Source: Mycolicibacterium smegmatis
Lineage (GTDB): Bacteria; Actinomycetota; Actinomycetes; Mycobacteriales; Mycobacteriaceae
Direction of reading: 5' to 3'
Assembly (NCBI RefSeq): GCF_001457595.1
Contig: NZ_LN831039.1
Coordinates: 2,070,001-2,102,000, forward strand
DNA: 32,000 nucleotides
This document shows positions 25,142-32,000 of this stretch, piece after piece; position 1 is the stretch's first letter, and every line of letters starts with the position of its first letter. Both the position numbers and the translations under genes were made by a program. The notes beneath the pieces are model-generated. The model saw nothing but the letters and a program-made list of their open reading frames with translations. It was not told the origin of the DNA and made no database searches.

Positions 25142-27262
25142 ATGCCGTTGGAGGCCCCCAGCCCAACCTTGGAAGATCTGGACGACGAACAGCGGGAAGC
25201 GGTGCTGGCTCCCCGCGGGCCGGTCTGTGTGCTGGCCGGGGCCGGTACCGGTAAGACCCGCACCATCACCCGGCGGATCGCGCACCTGGTGGCCGGCGGG
25301 CACGTCGCGGCCGGCCAGGTCCTCGCGGTGACGTTCACCGCGCGTGCGGCGGGGGAGATGCGGGCCCGGTTGCGGGCGCTCGGCCAGCAGACCGGGGTCC
25401 CGACGGGTGCGGTGCAGGCGGTGACGTTCCACGCGGCCGCACGCAGGCAGCTGCAGTACTTCTGGCCGCGGCTCGTCGGCGACACCGGATGGGAACTGCT
25501 CGACAGCAAGTTCTCGGTCGTCGCCCAGGCCGCCAACCGCGCCGGCCTCCAGCCCAGCACCGACGACGTACGCGACCTCGCGGGCGAAATTGAATGGGCC
25601 AAGGCATCTTTGATCACCCCCGAGGCGTACGGCGCCGCGGTCGCCAAGGTGGGACGCGACATCCCGCTCGATGCGCAGAAGGTCGCCGCGGTCTACTCCG
25701 GCTACGAGGCGCTCAAAGCGCGCCGCGACGGATCGGCCCTGCTCGACTTCGACGATCTGCTGTTGCACACGGCCGCGGCCATCGAGAACGACGCCGCGGT
25801 GGCCCAGGAGTTCCGCGACCGGTACCGCTGCTTCGTCGTCGACGAATATCAGGACGTCACGCCGTTGCAGCAGCGCGTGCTCGACGCCTGGCTGGGCGAC
25901 CGTGACGATCTCACCGTCGTGGGTGACGCCAATCAGACCATCTACTCGTTCACCGGCGCCACGCCGCGCTATCTGTTGGATTTCTCGCGGCGTTTCCCCG
26001 ACGCGGCGGTGGTGCGTCTCGAACGTGACTACCGCTCCACGCCGCAGGTGGTGTCGCTGGCCAACCGGGTGATCGCGGGTGCGCGTGGGCGGATGGCCGG
26101 CAGCAAGCTGCATCTGGTGGGCCAGCGGGACCCGGGCCCCAAGCCGACGTTCAACGAGTACCCCGACGAGGTGGCCGAGGCCAAGGGCGTGGCCAAGGCC
26201 ATCCAGAAGCTGATCGAAAAAGGCACCGCGCCGGCCGAAATCGCGGTCCTCTACCGCATCAACGCGCAGTCGGAGGTGTACGAGGAGGCGCTCACCGAAG
26301 CCGGCATCGCGTTCCAGGTGCGCGGCGGGGAGGGCTTCTTCAGCCGTCAGGAGATCCGTCAAGCCCTCGTCGCGCTGCAACGCGCCGCCGAACGTGAGGT
26401 CGAGATCACCGATCTTCCCGTGTTCGTCCGCGAACTGCTGGAACCGCTGGGCCTCACCGCGGAGGCGCCCGCGGGCACCAGGGCGCGGGAGCGGTGGGAG
26501 GCGCTGGTCGCGCTCGCCGAACTCGTCGAGGAAGAGGTCGCGCTGCGGCCCGAACTGGATCTGCGCGCGCTGGTCGGCGAACTGCGTCAACGCGCCGACG
26601 CGCGGCACCCACCGGTGGTGCAGGGTGTGACTCTCGCGTCGCTGCACGCGGCCAAGGGCCTCGAATGGGACGCGGTGTTCCTCGTCGGTCTGGCCGATGG
26701 CACCCTGCCGATCTCGCATGCGCTTTCCCACGGTCCCGACAGTGAACCGGTCGAGGAGGAGCGCAGGCTGCTCTACGTCGGCGTCACCCGCGCACGCGTG
26801 CACCTCGCGCTGAGTTGGGCCCTTGCCCGCACCCCCGGTGGGCGGCAGGGGCGGCGGCCCTCGCGGTTCCTCAACGGCATCGCGCCGCAGACGGAGAATT
26901 CGTCATCGGGTCCGGACCGGCCGCGTCGGCAGCGGGGACCCGCTCCGCGCTGCCGCATCTGCAACGCGGCACTGTCCACCCCGCAGGCCATCATGCTGCG
27001 GCGGTGCGAGACGTGCCCGTCCAATCTCGACGAGGACCTGCTCGCCGAACTCAAGGAATGGCGGTTGCGTGTCTCGAAGGAGATGAAAGTGCCTGCCTAC
27101 GTGGTGTTCACGGACACCACGCTGATGGCGATCGCCGAGACCCTGCCCACCGACGACGCCGCACTCGTGGCCATCCCGGGCATCGGGGCGCGCAAGCTCG
27201 AGCAGTACGGCGAGGACGTCGTGGCGCTCGTGCGGGGACGCGCCAACCGCCACGATTCGTAA
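25142..27262 (+). CDS. uvrD2: UvrD2 superfamily-1 DNA helicase with tetracysteine module and C-terminal HRDC domain
   Basis: Motifs: [59 protein letters not shown]. Then CRICNAAL...RRCETCP (CxxC...CxxC) and an HRDC-like [18 protein letters not shown]...[13 protein letters not shown]. The start is 25142 or 25133. TTG 25112 is unlikely because it sits directly after the terminator stem. Confidence 0.9.
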   Translation: MPLEAPSPTLEDLDDEQREAVLAPRGPVCVLAGAGTGKTRTITRRIAHLVAGGHVAAGQVLAVTFTARAAGEMRARLRALGQQTGVPTGAVQAVTFHAAARRQLQYFWPRLVGDTGWELLDSKFSVVAQAANRAGLQPSTDDVRDLAGEIEWAKASLITPEAYGAAVAKVGRDIPLDAQKVAAVYSGYEALKARRDGSALLDFDDLLLHTAAAIENDAAVAQEFRDRYRCFVVDEYQDVTPLQQRVLDAWLGDRDDLTVVGDANQTIYSFTGATPRYLLDFSRRFPDAAVVRLERDYRSTPQVVSLANRVIAGARGRMAGSKLHLVGQRDPGPKPTFNEYPDEVAEAKGVAKAIQKLIEKGTAPAEIAVLYRINAQSEVYEEALTEAGIAFQVRGGEGFFSRQEIRQALVALQRAAEREVEITDLPVFVRELLEPLGLTAEAPAGTRARERWEALVALAELVEEEVALRPELDLRALVGELRQRADARHPPVVQGVTLASLHAAKGLEWDAVFLVGLADGTLPISHALSHGPDSEPVEEERRLLYVGVTRARVHLALSWALARTPGGRQGRRPSRFLNGIAPQTENSSSGPDRPRRQRGPAPRCRICNAALSTPQAIMLRRCETCPSNLDEDLLAELKEWRLRVSKEMKVPAYVVFTDTTLMAIAETLPTDDAALVAIPGIGARKLEQYGEDVVALVRGRANRHDS

Positions 27263-27283
27263 AGATCGTGCCAAAACCGCAGG

Positions 27284-27324
27284 TAGAAAATAGGTTGTGC
27301 GATTCAGCTGCTAGGCTCTAGCCT
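27284..27324 (+). promoter_or_regulatory. candidate whiB7 promoter with an AT-rich (AT-hook target-like) tract abutting the -35
   Basis: TAGAAAATAGG (27284-27294), TTGTGC (27295-27300), 18 nt, TAGCCT (27319-27324, TANNNT type). This is the only markedly AT-rich patch for several kb. The hexamer assignment is my reading and was not mapped. Confidence 0.4.
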
Positions 27325-27359
27325 CAGAAAGTCAACTCTGGCAACGAGAAGGTAAGGGG

Positions 27360-27611
27360 GTGTCCCGCGAAATGATCAGCTACGTCAACTTGAGCGAAGT
27401 CGCAGTGGCGGGCATGCCCGGGTTCATTCCTTCCGTTGTACCGGTGGCTGTTTCGTCGGCCCCCATGCCGCATCAGACGCCCGAGCTCGCGCATGCCGCT
27501 CACGCCGCCGCTGGTTGGCCGGCCGCCGCTGCCATTGCGCTGCAGCCCAAGCGTCGCCGCACCGCCGCCGCCACCGCGACACGCGCGTCCGTGGATCGGA
27601 GCCCCTTCTAG
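27360..27611 (+). CDS. whiB7 leader upstream ORF (83 codons, Ala-rich)
   Basis: GAGAAGGTAAGG Shine-Dalgarno-like sequence before GTG 27360, with an alternative ATG at 27372. It encodes ...ELAHAAHAAAGWPAAAAIALQPKRRRTAAATATRA..., about 20 Ala in 83 residues. The stop lies 26 nt before the terminator stem. Confidence 0.55.
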   Translation: MSREMISYVNLSEVAVAGMPGFIPSVVPVAVSSAPMPHQTPELAHAAHAAAGWPAAAAIALQPKRRRTAAATATRASVDRSPF

Positions 27612-27636
27612 GTAGAGGCTTCACACCAGCCGAAAA

Positions 27637-27678
27637 GGCCACGGACCCGCAGTCACCCGGATCCGTGGCCATTTTTGT
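27637..27678 (+). terminator. intrinsic terminator / attenuator in the whiB7 5' leader
   Basis: GGCCACGGA (27637-27645) pairs with TCCGTGGCC (27662-27670), plus two further C:G pairs, followed by ATTTTTGT. It sits 86 nt upstream of the whiB7 ATG. Confidence 0.7.
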
Positions 27679-27763
27679 CGGACCCCCCGAGAAATCTGGT
27701 CGCAGGATCCATCAGCTCAGACAGATCACCGACAAATTCGACCAGATGCAGGGGGAAATACAC

Positions 27764-28075
27764 ATGTCCATTGCGATGACTGCTCCGACCACGGGCGTCG
27801 CGCCGATGACATGCGAGACGCGACTGCCGGCGGTGCCGTGCCATGTCGGTGACCCGGATCTGTGGTTCGCCGAGAGCCCCGGCGACCTTGAGCGGGCCAA
27901 GGCCCTGTGCGCGGGATGCCCGATCCGTGTGCAGTGCCTGACCGCGGCGCTCGAACGGCAGGAACCGTGGGGTGTCTGGGGTGGCGAAATTCTCGACCGC
28001 GGAAGCATTGTCGCGCGCAAGCGTCCGCGCGGGCGTCCGCGTAAGGATTCCGGCGGCAACCCTGCCGCCGCCTGA
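27764..28075 (+). CDS. whiB7: WhiB7 Fe-S redox-sensitive transcriptional activator with C-terminal AT-hook
   Basis: LPAVPCHVGDPDLWFAE...AKALCAGCPIRVQCL...EPWGVWGGE has four Cys and the WhiB turn motif. AT-hook RGRPRK near the C-terminus. GGGGGAAA Shine-Dalgarno sequence before ATG 27764. 103 aa. Confidence 0.9.
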   Translation: MSIAMTAPTTGVAPMTCETRLPAVPCHVGDPDLWFAESPGDLERAKALCAGCPIRVQCLTAALERQEPWGVWGGEILDRGSIVARKRPRGRPRKDSGGNPAAA

Positions 28076-28096
28076 TCGACCGCCCCGTCAACGGAA

Positions 28097-28160
28097 ACGG
28101 CACCGAGTGCTTGCGCGCTCGGTGCCGTGACTGTGCTTGCCGCCCAGTGGTTCTGGGCGG
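28097..28160. terminator. two hairpins in the convergent gap between whiB7 and the kinase gene
   Basis: ACGGCACCGAG (28097-28107) pairs with CTCGGTGCCGT (28118-28128). CCGCCCAG (28140-28147) pairs with CTGGGCGG (28153-28160). No clear U-tracts. Confidence 0.4.
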
Positions 28161-28175
28161 AATCTGGGGATTCCG

Positions 28176-29066
28176 CTACGCGGCTTCCTCGGCGAAACCT
28201 GGAACCAGTTCGGTGGCAATGGCTTTCACCGGAACGTGCGCGTCGAGCTGGCAGCAGATGGCGACCGTGGAGGCGATCACACGCAGCGGGATCGCGAGGT
28301 TGGCCGGCAGGTCGAGGCTGCGCGCCATCTTGATCTGCGCGACGGAGTTGTCCATCTGGCTTGCCGCCATCTTCTGCAGCCACTTGCGGTTGTAGTGGAA
28401 GACGTCGACCTTGATGGGATCGACGTACTGGCGCAGCATGTCCTCGACCTCTTCGATCGAGACCTCCTGCCCCTTCTGCAAGAAGCCCGCACGTTCCATC
28501 GTCGGCAGGAGCTCGTCGTAGTTCTTGTCCCGCGCCAGCCGGATGGTCTCACCGAGCGAGGTGGGGAATCCACCGGGAAGCGGGGCGACCGCACCGAAGT
28601 CGATGACACCCATGCGCCCGTCGGGCAGCAGCATGAAGTTTCCGGGGTGCGCGTCGCCGTGCATCATCTCCAGGCGCGCCGGCGCGCCGAACGTCAGCTC
28701 GGTCAGCCGGGTGCCCATCAGGTCACGCTGCTCGGGGGTGCCCTCGCGGATGATGACCGACATCGGGATGCCTTCCATCCATTCGGAGATCACCACCTTG
28801 GGCGCGCTGGCGATGATCGCGGGCACCGCGAAGTGCGGGTCGTTGCGGTAGGCCTTGGCGAACGCACGCTGGTTGTCTGCCTCCAGCCGGTAGTCCAGTT
28901 CCATCTCGGTGCGCTCGGTCAGTTCGTCGACCACACCTTGGATGTCGGCACCGGGCGCGAGCTGCTTGAACACGCCGACCAGCCGCTGGATGGTCTTGAG
29001 GTCTGCGCGCAGTGCCTCGTCGGCGCCGGGGTACTGGATCTTGACGGCGACCTCACGCCCGTCGGA
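28176..29066 (-). pseudogene. ABC1/UbiB-family atypical kinase, 3' fragment (split by IS insertion)
   Basis: Minus-strand reading from 29066 gives SDGREVAVKIQYPGADEALRADL...HGDAHPGNFMLLPDGRMGVIDFG, with the AVK lysine, HxDxHPGN catalytic loop and DFG. It continues exactly from the 5' fragment once the IS and one TSD copy are removed. Confidence 0.88.
29058..29066. repeat. 9-bp target-site duplication, left copy
   Basis: CCCGTCGGA is identical to 30555-30563, and the flanking bases differ on both sides. Confidence 0.9.
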
Positions 29067-30554
29067 GAGCAATGATCAATACCTGTGGATGAGCCTCGGT
29101 GTGGGGGCGTGAAGATGGGCGCACCTTCCCGGGGATGATCTTCACGGAATCAGGTATTCGATCAAGACCGGCGTTGGCGCGCTGGTTGGGAAGGTACGCC
29201 CATGCTCACCGTAGTTCACGACACCGAGGACGCCAACGACAAGGCCAGCGGTGCTGGTCGGTCGTTGTTGGATGAGATCGTCCGCGACGGGGCCCGGCAG
29301 ATGCTGGCCGCGGCGTTGCAGGCCGAGGTCGCCGCCTACGTGGCGCAGTTCGCCGATCAACTCGACGAGAACGGTCACCGGTTGGTGGTGCGAAACGGCT
29401 ATCACCAGCCCCGGGAGGTGCTGACCGCCGCCGGCGCGGTGCAGGTGAAAGCGCCGCGGGTCAACGACCGCCGTGTCGACCCCGACACCGGTGAACGCAA
29501 GCGGTTCTCCTCGGCGATCCTGCCGGCCTGGGCGCGCAAGTCGCCGCAGATGAGCGAGGTACTGCCGCTGCTGTACCTGCACGGCCTGTCGAGCAACGAT
29601 TTCACCCCTGCCCTCGAGCAGTTCCTCGGCTCCGGCGCTGGGCTGTCGGCCAGCACGATCACCCGGCTCACGGCGCAGTGGCAAGACGAGGCCCGCGCGT
29701 TTGGGGCCCGCGACCTCTCGGCCACTGATTACGTGTATCTGTGGGTCGACGGCATTCACCTCAAGGTGCGGCTGGACCAGGAAAAGCTCTGTCTGCTGGT
29801 GATGCTGGGCGTGCGTGCTGATGGCCGCAAGGAGCTCGTGGCGATCACCGACGGCTACCGCGAGTCGGCCGAGTCGTGGGCCGATCTGTTGCGCGACTGC
29901 AAGCGCCGCGGCATGACCGCCCCCGTACTCGCGATCGGCGATGGCGCGCTCGGGTTCTGGAAAGCAGTCCGCGAGGTTTTCCCGGCCACCAAAGAGCAGC
30001 GGTGCTGGTTTCATAAGCAGGCCAATGTTCTTGCTGCACTGCCGAAATCAGCGCACCCGTCGGCGCTGGCGGCGATCAAGGAGATCTACAACGCCGAGGA
30101 TATCGACAAGGCCCAGATCGCGGTCAAGGCCTTCGAGGCCGACTTCGGCGCGAAGTATCCCAAGGCGGTCGCTAAGATCACCGACGACCTCGATGTGCTG
30201 CTGGAATTCTACAAGTATCCGGCCGAACATTGGATTCATCTGCGAACGACGAATCCGATCGAATCCACCTTTGCCACAGTGCGTTTGAGGACCAAGGTCA
30301 CCAAGGGGCCCGGATCACGAGCGGCCGGACTAGCGATGGCCTACAAGCTCATCGACGCCGCCGCGGCCCGCTGGCGTGCCGTCAACGCCCCACACCTGGT
30401 CGCCCTGGTCCGCGCCGGCGCGGTCTTCCATAAAGGCAGACTGCTCGAACGACCCACCGACATCACCCCGCCAACATCGCCCTCAGACGGCGGTCAGCAC
30501 GCCGGAACGGAGGTCGCCTGAAACACCCCGATCCACAGGTATTGACAATTCCTC
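29067..30554 (+). mobile_element. IS256-family insertion sequence, 1488 bp (IS6120-like)
   Basis: Left IR is GAGCAATGATCAATACCTGTGGAT (29067-29090). The reverse complement of the right IR (30531-30554) is GAGGAATTGTCAATACCTGTGGAT, 21/24 identical. One transposase ORF, 9-bp TSD. Size, 24-bp imperfect IRs and 9-bp duplication fit my recollection of IS6120 from M. smegmatis. Confidence 0.9.
29202..30521 (+). CDS. IS256-family (Mutator-type) transposase
   Basis: 439-aa ORF with family-typical segments: YLWVDGIHLKVR, LVMLGVRADGRKELV, AIGDGALGFWKAVREVFP, QRCWFHKQANVL, HLRTTNPIESTF. Confidence 0.92.
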   Translation: MLTVVHDTEDANDKASGAGRSLLDEIVRDGARQMLAAALQAEVAAYVAQFADQLDENGHRLVVRNGYHQPREVLTAAGAVQVKAPRVNDRRVDPDTGERKRFSSAILPAWARKSPQMSEVLPLLYLHGLSSNDFTPALEQFLGSGAGLSASTITRLTAQWQDEARAFGARDLSATDYVYLWVDGIHLKVRLDQEKLCLLVMLGVRADGRKELVAITDGYRESAESWADLLRDCKRRGMTAPVLAIGDGALGFWKAVREVFPATKEQRCWFHKQANVLAALPKSAHPSALAAIKEIYNAEDIDKAQIAVKAFEADFGAKYPKAVAKITDDLDVLLEFYKYPAEHWIHLRTTNPIESTFATVRLRTKVTKGPGSRAAGLAMAYKLIDAAAARWRAVNAPHLVALVRAGAVFHKGRLLERPTDITPPTSPSDGGQHAGTEVA

Positions 30555-30992
30555 CCCGTCGGACCAGATGCCCTTGTGTACCTGGCCGATGCTGGCCGAG
30601 GCCACCGGCTTGTCGTCGAACGACGAGAACCGGTCGCGCCACTTGGTGCCCAGCTGCGCGTCAAGCACGCGGTGCACCTTGGCCGCAGGAAGTGGGGGAG
30701 CGTCCTTCTGGAGTTTGGTGAGTGCCTCGCGGTACGGCTTGCCGTACTGCTCGGGGATGGCGGCCTCCATCACCGACAGCGCCTGGCCGACCTTCATCGC
30801 GCCGCCTTTGAGTTCGCCGAGGACGGTGAACAGTTGCTGAGCAGCCTTGTCCATCAGCTCGGCAGTGACTTCATCCTTCGACTTGCCGGTAAGGCGTTTG
30901 CCAAAGCCAAGTGCAGCCCGGCCGGCCATGCCGCCGGCGAGCCCGGCGAGCTTCGCGTTGCGAGCTACGCTTCCCCGTTTGATGTCAGACAC
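30555..30992 (-). pseudogene. ABC1/UbiB-family atypical kinase, 5' fragment (split by IS insertion)
   Basis: (GTG 30992) VSDIKRGSVARNAKLAGL...GGAMKVGQALSVMEAAIP...ASIGQVHKGIWSDG, then the frame runs into the IS and stops after 23 foreign codons at 30483. An alternative upstream GTG is at 31043. 30555-30563 is the right TSD copy. Confidence 0.85.
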
Positions 30993-31049
30993 CAGACCAT
31001 CATCCACGACTCGGCCGAATACCCCGCAACCAACTGGCAACACTTGTTT

Positions 31050-31889
31050 TCAACATTGGCAATCCGGGTGCCGTGACCAGCGGCGGAAGCTCATCGAGTA
31101 GCCGTCGGCGGTCAGTTCGAGCGTGGTGTCCAGGGTCGCGGGCGGCTCCGGGGGATCGTCTGGCCCGGCGGTGCCGTTGACCGCGCGGATCACCAGCTCG
31201 ACCTGCCGCAGCGCGAGCGCTGCGGTGGCCAGGATGGTGGCGCGGCTGGCGCTGCCGACGGTCCCGCGTAGCTGCGCCGCGAGCGCGGGCCACGCGGCAT
31301 CACGGTCGGCACGGTGCAGGTCGGCGCAGTGCAGACAGCTGGTGACGCCCGGGATCACCAGCGGGCCCACCAGTCCGGTCCCGTCGCGCACGCGCACCGG
31401 TAGGTGTGCGATGCGGCCGCGGTGCAGTTCCCGCACGATGCGGGGTTCGGTGACCAGCTCGTCGGCCAGCACCACCAGGTCGGTGCCGGGTCGCGGGGTC
31501 GCGTAGGACTCGGCGGTGTGCTGAAGCCGCGCACCCGAGCGGCGCAGGGAGCCGGCCAGCAGTTCCGACAGCGGTCCGCGTCCGTGGATGCGGATGGTCG
31601 CGGTACGCGCGGGCCTGCCCGATCGGCGCACCAGGACCCCGGCGGAGTCCAAGGCGGCGAGGACGTCATCGACAAGTGCCGGGTCCCCGAATTGCTCGGT
31701 GGCCGAGCGCAGTTGCTCGATGCTGCGACCGGTCTGCAGGGCGTGCAGCAGATCGGTCAGCTGGGTGGGCGTCATCCCGTCGGGTGGCCGCACACGGACC
31801 GCGGTGCGCGGATCCCACCCGATCTGCACCGCGCCGTCGGGCCGCAGCAGCACCGGACGATCGGGAGTGAGCGTGAACCGTGCGGTCAT
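31050..31889 (-). CDS. E1/ThiF-like fold protein resembling RiPP cyclodehydratase docking (leader-peptide-binding) proteins (Rv3196-like)
   Basis: 279 aa. A Rossmann-like IRIHGRGPLSELLAGSL lacks a clean GxGxxG motif. GPLVIPGVTSCLHCADL (CxxC) plus terminal HPDCQC recall the Zn tetrad of MoeB/ThiF-type proteins. The stop is 6 nt before the upstream candidate start of the kinase gene (GTG 31043; 57 nt before the preferred GTG 30992). The family assignment is from memory. Confidence 0.55.
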   Translation of the reverse strand: MTARFTLTPDRPVLLRPDGAVQIGWDPRTAVRVRPPDGMTPTQLTDLLHALQTGRSIEQLRSATEQFGDPALVDDVLAALDSAGVLVRRSGRPARTATIRIHGRGPLSELLAGSLRRSGARLQHTAESYATPRPGTDLVVLADELVTEPRIVRELHRGRIAHLPVRVRDGTGLVGPLVIPGVTSCLHCADLHRADRDAAWPALAAQLRGTVGSASRATILATAALALRQVELVIRAVNGTAGPDDPPEPPATLDTTLELTADGYSMSFRRWSRHPDCQC

Positions 31890-31946
31890 TGATCGACCCT
31901 GCCACGGTTCGAAGGCCTCGGATCTCAGTTATCCACAGGCAAGTGA

Positions 31947-32000
31947 TCAGGACTTGTCGTCCCCGGCGCCCTCGGTGCCGCTGTCGCCCTCTTGCGGCGG
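31947..32000 (-). CDS. 3' end of an unidentified gene (acidic C-terminal tail), continues beyond the window
   Basis: Minus-strand translation gives ...PPQEGDSGTEGAGDDKS then stop (TCA at 31947-31949). Only 17 codons are visible, so no identification is possible. Confidence 0.3.
   Translation of the reverse strand, partial: PPQEGDSGTEGAGDDKS

Noticed and set aside
27727-27735. Exact TTGTCGGTG on the minus strand inside the whiB7 leader (a possible antisense damage promoter).
   Set aside because: The hexamer 8 nt downstream on that strand is GAGCTG, which is not -10-like. It is probably a chance 9-mer. Other TTGTCGG occurrences (near 8188 and 14746) are inside coding regions with no -10.
31930-31939. 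ATCCACAGG, identical to the core of the IS inverted repeat (a possible solo IR or second IS end).
   Set aside because: Only 9 nt match, the flanks diverge from the IR on both sides, and no partner repeat or TSD is present. Consistent with chance.

Overview
High-GC (roughly two-thirds G+C by eye) actinobacterial chromosomal DNA, almost certainly Mycolicibacterium (Mycobacterium) smegmatis or a very close relative. Gene order mirrors, in inverted orientation, M. tuberculosis Rv3215..Rv3195 as I recall it: entC, gpm2, parA-like, Rv3212, rhlE, Rv3210c, Rv3209, TB9.4, TetR, Rv3207c, moeZ, Rv3205c, Rv3204, lipV, adnA, adnB, K+ channel, nudC, mycoredoxin, uvrD2, whiB7, ABC1 kinase, Rv3196. With the starts chosen here AdnA and AdnB come out at 1045 and 1095 aa, the sizes I recall for M. 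smegmatis AdnAB. Relative to that backbone the window carries extra material: a PP2C phosphatase, a VIT1/CCC1 transporter plus a DoxX-like protein, a CsbD-like/LEA-like coiled-coil gene pair behind a ~530 bp ORF-poor gap, and a 1488-bp IS256-family element. The IS has 24-bp imperfect inverted repeats and a 9-bp target duplication, and it cleanly splits the ABC1/UbiB kinase gene next to whiB7. No tRNA, rRNA or CRISPR was seen. I found no clear-cut new multi-gene system. The signals most worth a second look are: (1) a perfect 34-bp tandem repeat that triplicates a TTGTCGG (RecA-independent/PafBC-type) box upstream of adnA, with the same box-to-ATG geometry upstream of uvrD2; (2) the readable whiB7 leader (AT-rich promoter, Ala-rich 83-codon uORF, terminator and alternative pairing); (3) the IS-split kinase and its orphan E1-like upstream partner; (4) an alkyltransferase-like (PWHRV) protein coupled to a lipase-type hydrolase divergent from adnAB; (5) the CsbD/LEA-like pair with upstream 22-bp direct repeats. 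Many very long ORFs in the track are high-GC antisense artefacts and were rejected.
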